A stretch of 64,000 nucleotides of DNA from Candidatus Saccharibacteria bacterium RIFCSPHIGHO2_12_FULL_47_16b (lineage in GTDB: Bacteria > Patescibacteriota > Saccharimonadia > Saccharimonadales > UBA10212), in the NCBI GenBank assembly GCA_001790525.1, contig MGCU01000023.1, positions 5,659-69,658 on the forward strand, written 5' to 3'. Of the stretch, positions 10,261-20,678 are shown piece by piece; position 1 is the stretch's first letter, and each line of letters begins with the position of its first letter. The translations under genes were made by a program, and so were the position numbers. The notes under the pieces were generated by a model, which saw only the letters and a program-made list of their open reading frames with translations, was not told where the DNA came from and searched no databases.

Positions 10261-11627
10261 GCTCGATACCAAATTGGACCAAGTTCTGTATCGTTAAGTT
10301 CAATTTTTTGACTTTTTAACTGCTGACGCAGCTCATCAGCTTTGGCCCAGTTTTTTGAAACTCTAGCCTCTTCCCGCTTCGTAATAAGTTGTTTTTGCTC
10401 TGGTGTGATATCGTTTGATTTGAGAAGTTCAAGACCGAAAACCAAATCTAAGAATTCAAGAAATTGATTTAGCTGATTTAGGGTTCGAGTTGGATCAACG
10501 CCGCTACTGCCGACTAAGTCAATTATTTTGTCCAGTTTAGCTAGGGCGGTTGGTGTAGCGAGATCGTTAGATAAATCTGCTAAGATCGACTCTTGTTGCT
10601 CGGTAAAATAATCATCGGGGGTTGAGGTAGCACCCGGCTGGGTTTGAAAACGTAAATCGGCAAAAGCTTGTAGACTTTTAAGGTTAGTTTGAGCGGCGCC
10701 AATCGAATCCCAGGTAAAGTTCAACTGGCTGCGGTAGTGGGCTTGCAGAAATAATAGACGCAGAGCTATCGGATCAAAACCTTTAGCGATGACATCCTCG
10801 AGAGTCAGAAAATTATTTAGACTTTTACTCATTTTTCGACCATCGACTAAAAGATGTTCAGCATGGACGAAAAAGCTGGCCAACTCCTTACCAGTGGCCG
10901 CCCGGCTTTGGGCGATTTCATTTTCGTGATGGGGGAACTTCAAATCGACACCGCCAGTATGAATATCAAAAGGCTGGCCGAGATACTTTACTGACATGGC
11001 TGAACATTCAATATGCCAGCCCGGCCTTCCTTCTATATTTTTGCCATCGATCTTGAAGTCCCAGCTAGGTTCGTCTGGCTTTTTAGCTTTCCAGAGGGCA
11101 AAGTCGGCCACGTGCTCTTTATCATATTCATCGTTATTAATTCGGTGGTGCTGGTGGCTACGATCAAGTGTCACAAACCGTCCATAATCTTTATAGTTAC
11201 CTATGTCAAAATAGACGCCATCATCCTCAATATACCTATTGGGAATTTGACGTATTAGTTCCTGCATCTCGGTAATCGCTTGACTGGCCCGAATCAGCTT
11301 AGATTCGTGTAGATCTATCCTTATCTTGGAAATGTCTTTGAGGAATATTTTTTCGTATTTCGCAGTCAAAATCTTGAAGTCTTGATTAGTCTGATTGGCT
11401 CGGGCAAAGATTTTGTCTTCAATATCAGTGATGTTCATAACGTGCTTAACCCCATAACCAGTAGCCTTGAGTGCGCGTCGTAACGTGTCTTCGAAAACAT
11501 AAGTTCGTAAATTCCCAATATGGACATGGTCATAAACCGTTGGGCCGCAGGTATAAAGTAAAACCTGACCCTTTTTAATGGGCGAAAATTCTTCTATTTT
11601 TTGAGTCAGGCTATTAAATAGTTTCAC
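10257..11627 (-). CDS. cysS: Cysteine-tRNA ligase
   Basis: CGPTVY, HIGN, GRPGWHIECS, KMSKS. Confidence 0.97.
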   Translation of the reverse strand: MKLFNSLTQKIEEFSPIKKGQVLLYTCGPTVYDHVHIGNLRTYVFEDTLRRALKATGYGVKHVMNITDIEDKIFARANQTNQDFKILTAKYEKIFLKDISKIRIDLHESKLIRASQAITEMQELIRQIPNRYIEDDGVYFDIGNYKDYGRFVTLDRSHQHHRINNDEYDKEHVADFALWKAKKPDEPSWDFKIDGKNIEGRPGWHIECSAMSVKYLGQPFDIHTGGVDLKFPHHENEIAQSRAATGKELASFFVHAEHLLVDGRKMSKSLNNFLTLEDVIAKGFDPIALRLLFLQAHYRSQLNFTWDSIGAAQTNLKSLQAFADLRFQTQPGATSTPDDYFTEQQESILADLSNDLATPTALAKLDKIIDLVGSSGVDPTRTLNQLNQFLEFLDLVFGLELLKSNDITPEQKQLITKREEARVSKNWAKADELRQQLKSQKIELNDTELGPIWYRA

Positions 11628-12636
11628 CGGCCTTCTCTTTTTCGCTTTCGTCTAACAACTTGGTGGCAATCTTAATAGTTTCTACCTTAATTTCATCAAA
11701 AGCTCGACCGTTAGTAATTTTAAAACCGGCGGCTAGGGGATGGCCGCCACCGCCAAAATGCTCGGCTAACTTATCGGCAATGCCGTAGCCATAGTTAGAG
11801 CGGATTTTGGCTGTTATTTTACTAGCTTTATATTTTTTAAAACAAATGGCCACTTCAGTATTTTTAGCTAGTCGCATGTCATCAATGACGAGCATTGGTG
11901 GATTGTAAAGCGGACTATAGCGCTCAATTTCTTCCCATGGGATTGTGACAGTAGCAATACGTTCATCGCTATGAAACTCAACGCGCTTTAGCAGCTCGCC
12001 TTTATAGTGGATTAGCTCGGCCTCACGCCGCAACGTCTCGCGTCTAGCGCTTTCCAGCTCGGGCAGCTTAACGCCTTTTTCGACCAATTCGGCAATGATA
12101 TGAATCGAGCGGGCGGTGGTTGAAGCACTCATCAGCCCCAAGCTATCGCTTAATATAGCCACGGCGATTAAATCCATGGCTTCGCGGTCAAGTTGCCAGT
12201 TCAACTTATCCGCCAGTTCATAGATTATTTCGCCGGTGGCCACGGCTGCGGGTCGATAAATAACATCAGCTAACGAAATACTGGCGTCAGAAGCGTGGTG
12301 GTCGAGTACGATGACCGGCCTAGCCGCCAACCATGGCTTAGTGCCGCTTTTACTAAGCTGCTCGAGCAAATCTTCCGAAGCTGTATCAACGATGATTGCC
12401 CCGTCAAAATTTTTAGGTAGTTCTTTAAGTACCCTACCCCAACCTGGCAAATAATGAAGGTAACTTGGTAAATCGACACCACAATAGAGACTTACTTTTT
12501 TGCCCTGATTCTCCAAGATAGACTCTAAGGCCAGAGCGCTGGCCAGAGAATCGGCATCCGGATTGTCGGCTTGAATTATGACAATCTGCTTGGCGTCGTT
12601 AATAATTTGGCGGATTTTAGCCGGTTCGTCAGACAT
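11614..12636 (-). CDS. DHH/DHHA1 phosphoesterase (NrnA-like)
   Basis: NPDAD, DHH, GGGGH motifs. Confidence 0.88.
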   Translation of the reverse strand: MSDEPAKIRQIINDAKQIVIIQADNPDADSLASALALESILENQGKKVSLYCGVDLPSYLHYLPGWGRVLKELPKNFDGAIIVDTASEDLLEQLSKSGTKPWLAARPVIVLDHHASDASISLADVIYRPAAVATGEIIYELADKLNWQLDREAMDLIAVAILSDSLGLMSASTTARSIHIIAELVEKGVKLPELESARRETLRREAELIHYKGELLKRVEFHSDERIATVTIPWEEIERYSPLYNPPMLVIDDMRLAKNTEVAICFKKYKASKITAKIRSNYGYGIADKLAEHFGGGGHPLAAGFKITNGRAFDEIKVETIKIATKLLDESEKEKAGETI

Positions 12637-12689
12637 ATTTAGAGTATAAACTTCAATACTTGTAACATCTAGTTTCTAAATTCCAGATT

Positions 12690-13298
12690 CTAAATTTTTT
12701 GTCGGCCTTCTAAAGCCCGTGTCAATGTAATCTGATCGGCGTATTCAAGATCTAAACCAACCGGCAGCCCCCTGGCCAGGCGGGTAATTTTAATTTTACG
12801 TTTGTTTAATTTTTGGGCGATTAATAAAGTTGTGCTTTCGCCTTCGACGCTAGCGTTAGTCGCCAATATTAGTTCAGATACTTTATCTTCATCGACTCGC
12901 TTAATTAGTTCTTTAATTCGCAATTGATCCGGGTCGACGCCCTCAATCGGCGATACTAGACCGCCCAGCACATGGTAGGTTCCATTAAAAGTGCCAGTTT
13001 TTTCAATAGCCATGATATCAAAAGGGTCGGCCACAACCGCCACCAGTTTTTTATCTCGCTTGGGGTCTAGGTAGAGAGAGCTAACGGTCTGTGAAGAGTC
13101 AATCAGGGCAAATGTTTTTGGGCAGTATTTAATTTTGGCGTGGAGCAGAGTTAGGGCGGATGCTAGTTGGGTTGATTTGGCCGGATCGGCTTTTAGTAAA
13201 AAATAAGCATAACGTTCGGCCGTGCGCGGGCCGACACCGGGTAGAGCAGCTATGGCCTCGATCAGCTGGGCCAGCGGCGGCGGAATAACACTTCTCAC
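12690..13298 (-). CDS. recR: Recombination protein RecR
   Basis: LPGVGPRTAER, YHVLGG, TOPRIM, LEYAD; zinc-finger cysteines mostly absent. Confidence 0.93.
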   Translation of the reverse strand: MRSVIPPPLAQLIEAIAALPGVGPRTAERYAYFLLKADPAKSTQLASALTLLHAKIKYCPKTFALIDSSQTVSSLYLDPKRDKKLVAVVADPFDIMAIEKTGTFNGTYHVLGGLVSPIEGVDPDQLRIKELIKRVDEDKVSELILATNASVEGESTTLLIAQKLNKRKIKITRLARGLPVGLDLEYADQITLTRALEGRQKI

Positions 13299-13591
13299 AG
13301 CCCCAATCCGCTTAAGGCGCCCATCATCGGTTTCATCTTTTCGGCTGCAAGTTGCTGCGATTTAGTAATAGCTTCTTTAACTGCGTCTTCCAACCACATC
13401 TCAAGTTGTTCAATGTCATCAAGATTGACCCTCTCTGGGTCGATGTCGATTCTTTTAATTTTCTGTTCACCGGAAATTTCGATTCTGACAGCCCCGTCAC
13501 CGGCTTCGACTGTAATAATTTCCCGCTGTAACTCTTTTTGTAGTTTACGAGCCTTCATTAGCAATTTCGCCTGGTCGAATTTAGTCACCAT
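13295..13591 (-). CDS. ybaB: YbaB/EbfC nucleoid-associated protein
   Basis: Size, AGDGAV motif, position upstream of recR. Confidence 0.85.
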   Translation of the reverse strand: MVTKFDQAKLLMKARKLQKELQREIITVEAGDGAVRIEISGEQKIKRIDIDPERVNLDDIEQLEMWLEDAVKEAITKSQQLAAEKMKPMMGALSGLGL

Positions 13592-13680
13592 ATACTCCTT
13601 TTAGTCGCTCGATTAACAAAAAACAAAGAACAATAAACAAAAATGATTGTTGCTTATTGCTGATTGCTCATTGTCATCAT
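13585..13680 (-). pseudogene. Bridge element 3 with one in-frame TAA
   Basis: MMTMSNQQ*ATIIFVYCSLFFVNRATKRSIW*; both ends overlap the neighbouring genes. Confidence 0.6.
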
Positions 13681-14855
13681 TTTATCACGTAAATCATTCG
13701 CGTTTCGGGCGTATTCGGCCAAGCTAACAACGAATAATTAAAGCCATAAATTAAATGAATGAGAGATAGTGCCAAGATTAAAACGTAGGCAAAGTTTCTT
13801 GGGATGGGATTTTTCGGAAATACATTTTGCCACTCCAAATACAAAAAACGTAGGCCAGCTGAGGCAATAACGGCTAGTGGCGTAAGTGCAAAGATCAGAA
13901 ATATAGACAGGTTGTTTAATCCAGAAAAGATGACGGCGCCTATTACCATACAAAGCAGCCAGTATAATTTTTTGCGAGACGATGATTGCATGGCATAAAC
14001 ACCGAAAATCATTAAAACAGACACTAGTGTGGTAAGAATCGGTAACCGCCCAATAATAAATTCCATTTGTTCCTTGGCACGAACAAATAAAGTCAATACT
14101 GACCAGCCAATATTTTTTAGAAAATCGGTTACGGTTGGTAAATCGTTCGGGATAAGAGCTAATGATTTTAGCAGATTAGGGCTAACCACCAGACTGTAAA
14201 TAAGCGGTGACAAAATTAGAACAGACAATAAAAAGCCGCCCATAAAAGTCAACTTACTGAGCCGTTTGACATTGAACCAGAGAATCTTACGGCTGACGAT
14301 TAAAGCTGCCAGGAACAGCCAGATTAGGCCGGGTATATAGAGACTGGCGGCAATAATAAAACAAAATACCAACCAAGCTATGTTCACTCTATTTTTGGTT
14401 CTAGCTAGCCAATAATAACTGGCCAAAACTAAAACCGGTGACAGAAACAGGATGAATGGAGTGCCGCTGCGGCCAAAAATAATAGTCCAAGGTAAAGATG
14501 CGAAGATGATCGTTGCAGCTAGAGCGATAATTTTACCGAACCATTTGGCGCTAATCAAGTAAAAACAGACGATAAAAAGCACTGCCAAAATAACAGAGGT
14601 CAATCGCAGACTAAAGGCCGAAAATTCAAATAAATTCTGCAAGCCATACTGAATTAGCTTATGCGGACCATACAATGGATTATCAATAATCGCCTTAATT
14701 GAGGAGCTGTTGCCGGCAGCTGTAGTTTCACTATTACTAAGACCAAGATAATCTAATCGCCAGATAAATAATAAATAAAAAAGGCCGCTGCTCAGAACTA
14801 TGAAAAAGACTAACCGAGGGTTTATTTTTGTCAGCCGCCCTAACCGACTTAGCAT
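13677..14855 (-). CDS. Multi-pass membrane protein, GT39/ArnT-like glycosyltransferase
   Basis: Many TM helices; E after TM1, NPLY, LRL pattern. Confidence 0.6.
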   Translation of the reverse strand: MLSRLGRLTKINPRLVFFIVLSSGLFYLLFIWRLDYLGLSNSETTAAGNSSSIKAIIDNPLYGPHKLIQYGLQNLFEFSAFSLRLTSVILAVLFIVCFYLISAKWFGKIIALAATIIFASLPWTIIFGRSGTPFILFLSPVLVLASYYWLARTKNRVNIAWLVFCFIIAASLYIPGLIWLFLAALIVSRKILWFNVKRLSKLTFMGGFLLSVLILSPLIYSLVVSPNLLKSLALIPNDLPTVTDFLKNIGWSVLTLFVRAKEQMEFIIGRLPILTTLVSVLMIFGVYAMQSSSRKKLYWLLCMVIGAVIFSGLNNLSIFLIFALTPLAVIASAGLRFLYLEWQNVFPKNPIPRNFAYVLILALSLIHLIYGFNYSLLAWPNTPETRMIYVIK

Positions 14856-14875
14856 GTAGCTAAGTATAACAAAGG

Positions 14876-16237
14876 TTAGGTTTCGAAAGGTTCTTCGTGC
14901 TTAGTGTCTAAATCTCGTATCTGCTGTCTAACACGGTCGAAATAGACTTCCAAGTTAGCCACCGGACCATTGCGGTGCTTCTTGACCATTAGATCCATAA
15001 TGTTTTGCCGTCCGGTATCTGGGTTATAGTACTCTTCGCGGTATAAAAAGACGACTATGTCAGCATCCTGCTCAATTGAACCCGATTCGCGCAAGTCGGC
15101 CAGTTGCGGTATTTGCGGGCTTCGGCTTTCAACGGAGCGAGAAAGCTGAGAAGCTGCCACTACCGGAACATTTAATTCTCGGGCTAGGATTTTCAAACTC
15201 CGGCTGATCTCGGAAATCTCTTGGACGCGGTTGGCCACCGTCGCAAAGCGCGATCCGCCACTCATCAGCTGTAAATAATCAACCATAATGACCGAAAGGG
15301 GGTGCTGATGATGCAACCGCCGGGCTTTAGTTCGAAGGTCCGATACTGTAATGCCAGAAGTATCATCAATGTATACAGGCGCTTCCGCTAGCTCGCCCAT
15401 AGCAGTGCTTAACTTTTCAAAATCACTATCAGTTAAACCGTCGCCGGTCCGCAGTTTCCAAGCATCGACTCCAGCTTGAGCTGCCAGCAAGCGATCAACC
15501 AACTGCTCCTTACTCATTTCCAGGCTAAAATATAGTACTGTGCCATGTTCAGCTTGGGTGGCAATGTTAAGTGCCATATTAAGCATCAAGGCGGTTTTAC
15601 CCATTGATGGTCGGGCGGCAATCACGTCAAGATCAGACCGTTGTAGGCCAGCCAGCAATTTATCGAGATCGCGCATTCCGGTTGCCAGGCCGCGCAATCG
15701 GCCTTTGTGGCGATGCAGATCATCTAACCTATCAAAACTTTCGCCTAGGATTGATTCCAACGGTGTTATGTCTTGTTTGACACTGCGTTGGGAGACTTCG
15801 AATAGACGAGCTTCGGCTTCTTCGATTAACTCCTGCAGGCTTTTGCCCTCTTGTTGACTGATATTAGCGATTGACTCCGAGGCCTCAATTAGCCGCCGTC
15901 GGATTGATTTTTCGGCCACGATTTCAGCATAGTGTTCGACGTGCGATGAGGTTGGCACAAAGTTAGTCAGTTCGGTCAAGTAACCGGCGCCACCGACATC
16001 ATCTAAATCGCCATTACTTTTAAGTTGCTCGGATAAGGTTAAGATGTCAATTGGTCGGTGTTTTTCGAAAAGTTTACGCATCGAAGCGAAAATTCGTCGG
16101 TGCTGCTCATTAAAAAAATCTTCGGCTTTTATCGAATCAGCAATTTTAATAAAAGCTTCGCTATCGATTATTAAACTACCAAGTAAGCTGGCTTCAGCGT
16201 CAGCACTTTGCGGAACGGATGTTTTTTTAGCGTCCAT
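14876..16237 (-). CDS. dnaB: Replicative DNA helicase
   Basis: AARPSMGKT, DYLQL, DLRESGSIEQDAD; ATG 16237. Confidence 0.97.
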   Translation of the reverse strand: MDAKKTSVPQSADAEASLLGSLIIDSEAFIKIADSIKAEDFFNEQHRRIFASMRKLFEKHRPIDILTLSEQLKSNGDLDDVGGAGYLTELTNFVPTSSHVEHYAEIVAEKSIRRRLIEASESIANISQQEGKSLQELIEEAEARLFEVSQRSVKQDITPLESILGESFDRLDDLHRHKGRLRGLATGMRDLDKLLAGLQRSDLDVIAARPSMGKTALMLNMALNIATQAEHGTVLYFSLEMSKEQLVDRLLAAQAGVDAWKLRTGDGLTDSDFEKLSTAMGELAEAPVYIDDTSGITVSDLRTKARRLHHQHPLSVIMVDYLQLMSGGSRFATVANRVQEISEISRSLKILARELNVPVVAASQLSRSVESRSPQIPQLADLRESGSIEQDADIVVFLYREEYYNPDTGRQNIMDLMVKKHRNGPVANLEVYFDRVRQQIRDLDTKHEEPFET

Positions 16238-16347
16238 CAGACGCACCTTTCGGGCTTAATTCTCAGTTTACAATTTACAGTTTTCATTATTTTTTCATTG
16301 ATAATTGAACATTGATCATAGATCATTGTGAATTGGAGAAATTTCAT
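16237..16347 (-). other. Bridge mini-ORF 4 (dnaX to dnaB), 36 aa
   Basis: MKFLQFTMIYDQCSIINEKIMKTVNCKLRIKPERCV*; ATG 5 nt after dnaX TAG; TGATG overlap with dnaB. Confidence 0.75.
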
Positions 16348-16352
16348 TGCGA

Positions 16353-17777
16353 CTATGATTCTAGCATCTCAGCCGGACCGAAAATATTGCTTATGGTTTG
16401 ATAATTGTCGGTCGAATCCTGAGTGAGTGTCTGTCGATGTTCAATCGGCGCGGTGGCATCTTTTTCGACTACACAGTCGATAGTCACAGAATTACCGGAT
16501 ATTTCTTTTATAATCTTGGCTAAACGTTGGATGTTATCGGCCTGCTTGACTTTATTAAGATGAAACGGAAAGGCAAAAGCTAGTCGTAAAACTCCGTTTT
16601 TGTAAGAAGGCGCCGCTAGTCGTAAAGCCGAATGGAGCGACCCGGCTTGATCTTTAACTGCTTGCAGAATTTTTGGCCAAATTTCCAGCGAGAAGATATT
16701 TGGATTGTCTTTTATTCTTGGCGGCTTTTTGACATTCGGCGAAGTTAGCTGAGCGGCAACTTCAACTTTGGCTAGCACTGGCTTAATCGGCCTGCTCGGT
16801 TGACTTAATTGGAAGTTCGGTGAGTTGACAGCCGCTTCGAATAGAACAATTTCTAGCTTATCAGCTGGATGTTTAGCAGCCGATACTTCACCGAGTTGTT
16901 TTAAAAGATCGGTTAGCCAAATGGCGTTATCAGCTTTAGCATTAATTAAATCGTCTCTGATTGATCGAGCCATTTGATTAGCAACGTAGACTGAATTGAT
17001 GGAGCTGCCTTTAATTTCTTCTATTAACCCGGCAATCTTGGCTAAGTCGGCGCGGTAAGTACTTTGCTTGAGCTGCTCGATTATATATGATGACGGTAGT
17101 CCGAGGAGCTTAAGTATTTTGGCGACGGTTATTTTACCCTTACTAGCACTAAGTTGATCAAGCAGACTAATGCTATCTCTAAAACTGCCTTCACCAAACT
17201 CGGCCAGTAGCTGCAATGCCTCGCGTTCGATAGCCAGTTTTTCTTTAGTAGCGATATTGCTAATATGTTTGGTCGCCTCAACTACCCCAACCGGTTTAAA
17301 GTTAAATCTTTGAGTTCGACTAACAATTGTTTCGGGTAGTTTATGCGGTTCGGTGGTAGCTAGGATAAAAATACAATGAGCCGGCGGTTCCTCCAGGGTC
17401 TTAAGCAGGGCATTGAAAGCTTCTTTGGTTAGCATGTGCACTTCGTCGATGATATAGACTTTGTATTTAGCCACAGTTGGCACGGTACTGACCTTGTCTC
17501 GTAAATCACGGATTTCATCAATCCGACGGTTACTGGCCGCATCAATTTCGATGATATCAAGATGAACCGTCTCACCACTGTAGGGTAGTTGGTTGACTTC
17601 GTGAGCTAGGATTCTAGCGACGCTGGTTTTGCCGACTCCGCGAGGGCCAGAAAATAAGTAGGCATGGCTAATTCGGCCGTCTTTGACAGCTTTAGCCAAG
17701 GTCTCGATAACAGCTGATTGACCAACCACTTCAGCAAATTTACGTGGTCTGTATTTGCGATATAAAGCCTGCCCCAT
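16353..17777 (-). CDS. dnaX: DNA polymerase III gamma/tau
   Basis: ALYRKYRP, GPRGVGKT, IIDEVHML, NALLKTLEEPP. Confidence 0.96.
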   Translation of the reverse strand: MGQALYRKYRPRKFAEVVGQSAVIETLAKAVKDGRISHAYLFSGPRGVGKTSVARILAHEVNQLPYSGETVHLDIIEIDAASNRRIDEIRDLRDKVSTVPTVAKYKVYIIDEVHMLTKEAFNALLKTLEEPPAHCIFILATTEPHKLPETIVSRTQRFNFKPVGVVEATKHISNIATKEKLAIEREALQLLAEFGEGSFRDSISLLDQLSASKGKITVAKILKLLGLPSSYIIEQLKQSTYRADLAKIAGLIEEIKGSSINSVYVANQMARSIRDDLINAKADNAIWLTDLLKQLGEVSAAKHPADKLEIVLFEAAVNSPNFQLSQPSRPIKPVLAKVEVAAQLTSPNVKKPPRIKDNPNIFSLEIWPKILQAVKDQAGSLHSALRLAAPSYKNGVLRLAFAFPFHLNKVKQADNIQRLAKIIKEISGNSVTIDCVVEKDATAPIEHRQTLTQDSTDNYQTISNIFGPAEMLES

Positions 17778-17852
17778 ATGCTTATATTATAACTTCTAGG
17801 CTTAGGCTTGATTGTTGTGATTCTTGCTAAGCTAAAGCCTATGTTAAGCCGC

Positions 17853-18365
17853 CTAAAGAGCGGCTTCTAGAGCAGCCCATTCGGTATTAACGCTGTCGTC
17901 AGCCGGAATATTGACACTAACTTGATCACCGGGCTTTGCTTTAAAATAGGTCACCGACGCTAATAATACGCGGTACTGTTTTTTACCAACGTCTACGTAA
18001 TAATGACCATCCTTCTGACTTAGGAGACCAACTACTTGTTTACGTGGAATTGGCCCGATTTGCTTATACATAAAAGCCCCGTCATCACCGATAGTAAGTT
18101 TTAAAATGTCGCCTTGGACCAGCTTAGATTTTGAAGCATAATTGGCCGGTACAGGATATGTCTTGCCGTCGGAACCAACCATATTTTGACCGTCAAATAC
18201 GCCTTCAATAACCTTGCCGAGAGAGTCTTCCTTAACTTTTTTGGTTAGCACTTTATCGTCACCGACTAAACTAACCAATAGTTCCTTAGCTGCGGCCAAG
18301 GAAGTTTCAGCTTCAGTAATCAAAGCTTTCAGACGTTTGACCTGTTTTTCTGGTATATCTGTCAT
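17853..18365 (-). CDS. Conserved hypothetical protein
   Basis: Clean 170-aa ORF with EGVFDG / VPANYASKSKL motifs; function not recognised. Confidence 0.7.
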   Translation of the reverse strand: MTDIPEKQVKRLKALITEAETSLAAAKELLVSLVGDDKVLTKKVKEDSLGKVIEGVFDGQNMVGSDGKTYPVPANYASKSKLVQGDILKLTIGDDGAFMYKQIGPIPRKQVVGLLSQKDGHYYVDVGKKQYRVLLASVTYFKAKPGDQVSVNIPADDSVNTEWAALEAAL

Positions 18366-18576
18366 TTTGTTTACGTTTTACCTCTTAAGTCTCACATTCA
18401 CGTATTTGTTTGAATTTAAGACTCTTAATCGCAATCGTACCATAGGTGTTTATGATCGTCAAAGTGTCAAGCGAATTCTTGTGGATAATTTTTTTATTCG
18501 TAGGCGGTGTCTAACTTGGCGTCAAGCCAGGTTGCATATAAAAAATATCCAAAGACTATGTAATCGTTCGTATTTA

Positions 18577-19179
18577 CTAGCTTAGTTCGACTGTCGCGCC
18601 AGCTTCTTCCAGGGCCTTTTTCGCCTCTTCGGCTTCGTCTTTTTTGACTTTTTCTTTGACTGGCTTGGGGGCGGCGTCAACAATGGCTTTAGCTTCACCA
18701 AGACCTAGTCCTGTAACGTCTTTGACCGCTTTAATTACGGCGACTTTTTGCGAACCGGGGTCTTTAAGGATGACGTCAAACTCACTTTTTTCTTCAGCGG
18801 CGGGACTGCCGGCTTCACCGCCGGCTGCTGGTGCTGCCACGGCACTAACTGGCGCAACGGCACTAACTCCCCAGTGTTCCTCCAAAACTTTGATAAACTT
18901 GCTTACTTCTAGGGCGCTCAGTTTATCGAGTTCTTTGACCAGGCCTTCAAACTCTTTCGGAATTTCAAGCTTGGCTTTAGCTGGTTTTTCTTCTGGTTTT
19001 GGCTTGGAGTCTGCCTTAACCTCTGTCTTTGGTGCTTCAGCCGGGGCTTCTTCCTTAGTATGAGCCTCGGCCGGTGCGTCGGCGACTTTTTCGGTTGCCT
19101 CTACAGCCGTTTCAGCTTTCATTTCTTCCTTAACTTTTTCTTCTGACTTAGTTGCCTTTTCGGCTTCTTCGTTTGCCAT
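18577..19179 (-). CDS. rplL: 50S ribosomal protein L7/L12 with long acidic N-terminal extension
   Basis: [24 protein letters not shown]. Confidence 0.95.
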   Translation of the reverse strand: MANEEAEKATKSEEKVKEEMKAETAVEATEKVADAPAEAHTKEEAPAEAPKTEVKADSKPKPEEKPAKAKLEIPKEFEGLVKELDKLSALEVSKFIKVLEEHWGVSAVAPVSAVAAPAAGGEAGSPAAEEKSEFDVILKDPGSQKVAVIKAVKDVTGLGLGEAKAIVDAAPKPVKEKVKKDEAEEAKKALEEAGATVELS

Positions 19180-19204
19180 CTTAGTTCTCCTTCATTTAGT
19201 TAAT

Positions 19205-19735
19205 TTAGGTTGTTTGACTTGCTCGGGCTTTGAGTAAGTACAATATCCGACGATTACTAGCTGATAGGACTCCGACTAAATTATTGAACGGTGCTGACAG
19301 CGTAGCGATTAATTGGCCTCGGAGTTGTTCCTTTGTCGGCAAGCTGGCTAGCATTACTAAATCGCTAGATTCGATTATTTGACCGTCGGAGTTGAGGGCG
19401 GCTACTAATTCAATCTGCGGATTGGTTTTGGCAAAATTAGCCAAGGCTTGAGCTGGGGCCACTTCATCGTCAGGATTAAAAGCAAAGACTAGCTGTCCGC
19501 TTAACGGCATAGATTCGGCTGCAACCTTAAAGCCGCTATCGATTAAAGCTCTTTTAAACAACCGATTTTTAACTACCATTATGGTAGTTCCGCTGTCTTT
19601 GGCCTGGTGTCGTAGCTGCAGCATTTGTGTCACCTTGGTGCCACTATAGTGAGCGGCCACTGTCAATTTTGACGAACTAAGTAGAGATTTAACTTCATCA
19701 ACCACCTGGTTCTTGGATTCTTTAGTCCGAGCCAA
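19205..19735 (-). CDS. rplJ: 50S ribosomal protein L10
   Basis: VVKNRL, LASLPT; upstream of rplL. Confidence 0.92.
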   Translation of the reverse strand: MARTKESKNQVVDEVKSLLSSSKLTVAAHYSGTKVTQMLQLRHQAKDSGTTIMVVKNRLFKRALIDSGFKVAAESMPLSGQLVFAFNPDDEVAPAQALANFAKTNPQIELVAALNSDGQIIESSDLVMLASLPTKEQLRGQLIATLSAPFNNLVGVLSASNRRILYLLKARASQTT

Positions 19736-19772
19736 TTTTGTCCTTTCTTAACAGCCATGACAATTAAAAAAT

Positions 19773-19870
19773 CTTTGGCTATTTAAACCAAAGACTGTCT
19801 TAGGCGAAGCTTAATTTACCTCGGTAGCGGATTAAGTTCGGGGTTATCCGGACAGCTACTGTCTTTGGTC
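19773..19870 (-). promoter_or_regulatory. L10 leader (rplJ autoregulatory RNA)
   Basis: AAGACAGTAG...CTACCGAGG motif in the rplJ 5' UTR. Confidence 0.65.
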
Positions 19871-19922
19871 TTGCCCGCTATCTTAACATACTCTAGTCTA
19901 GCTAAGCAACTCTTTATTTTTT

Positions 19923-20678
19923 CTAGTTTTTACTTGGTTCTTTGGAGTTTTTGTTAGTTGATTTATCGTCTGTTAATTTGACGGTCAGAGGCTTGGGCTC
20001 GTTCGGTGGATTAGGCGGCAGCAAGGGTTTTATCTCTTTCCAAATGGAGTTGCTAATTTGTCTAACAGCGAGTTGATGGCCCTTTTTGGCGCAGTTTATC
20101 TTAGTAAAATCTTTTGGGAAAAGACTGCAAAGTAATTCATAGGTGGCAATTGTGTTAATTAGATGCTCTTCGTCAGCTTCGTGCTCATCAGCTAAACCGG
20201 CACGGGTCTTAATACGTTGATTGGCAATACCGATTGGCAAATGCAGGTAAATGTTGAGATCTGGCCGCGGAATACCAAGCAGTTCATACTCTAAACTTTC
20301 GGCCCAAATAAAAAAGCCGCGTTTTTCGCCGCCGCTAGCAAATTTGGAGCCTTGATGGGCCATATTAGAACCAACATAGCGATCGGCTAGAACTAACTTA
20401 CCTTCTTTGAGGGCGTTGCTGATTTTAGTAGCTGCCTCGTACCTGTCGACAGCGTAGAATAATGAGGCTGTGTAGGGGCTGATTTCCGAAGCAGGGCCAT
20501 ACGCGCCAGCCAAATATTGTCTGATGAAATAACTAGATTTCGCCCGGTAGCGGGGAAAACTAACCGTTGCCACCTCATAACCCAAGGCCATCAGGCGACC
20601 CTCTGTCAGTTTTAGTTGAGTTGATTTACCTGCTCCATCCGAACCTTCTAGGACAATAAACAAACCTGGGTGGTTCAC
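19923..20678 (-). CDS. tmk: Thymidylate kinase
   Basis: EGSDGAGKST, FPRY, DRY. Confidence 0.92.
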   Translation of the reverse strand: MNHPGLFIVLEGSDGAGKSTQLKLTEGRLMALGYEVATVSFPRYRAKSSYFIRQYLAGAYGPASEISPYTASLFYAVDRYEAATKISNALKEGKLVLADRYVGSNMAHQGSKFASGGEKRGFFIWAESLEYELLGIPRPDLNIYLHLPIGIANQRIKTRAGLADEHEADEEHLINTIATYELLCSLFPKDFTKINCAKKGHQLAVRQISNSIWKEIKPLLPPNPPNEPKPLTVKLTDDKSTNKNSKEPSKN

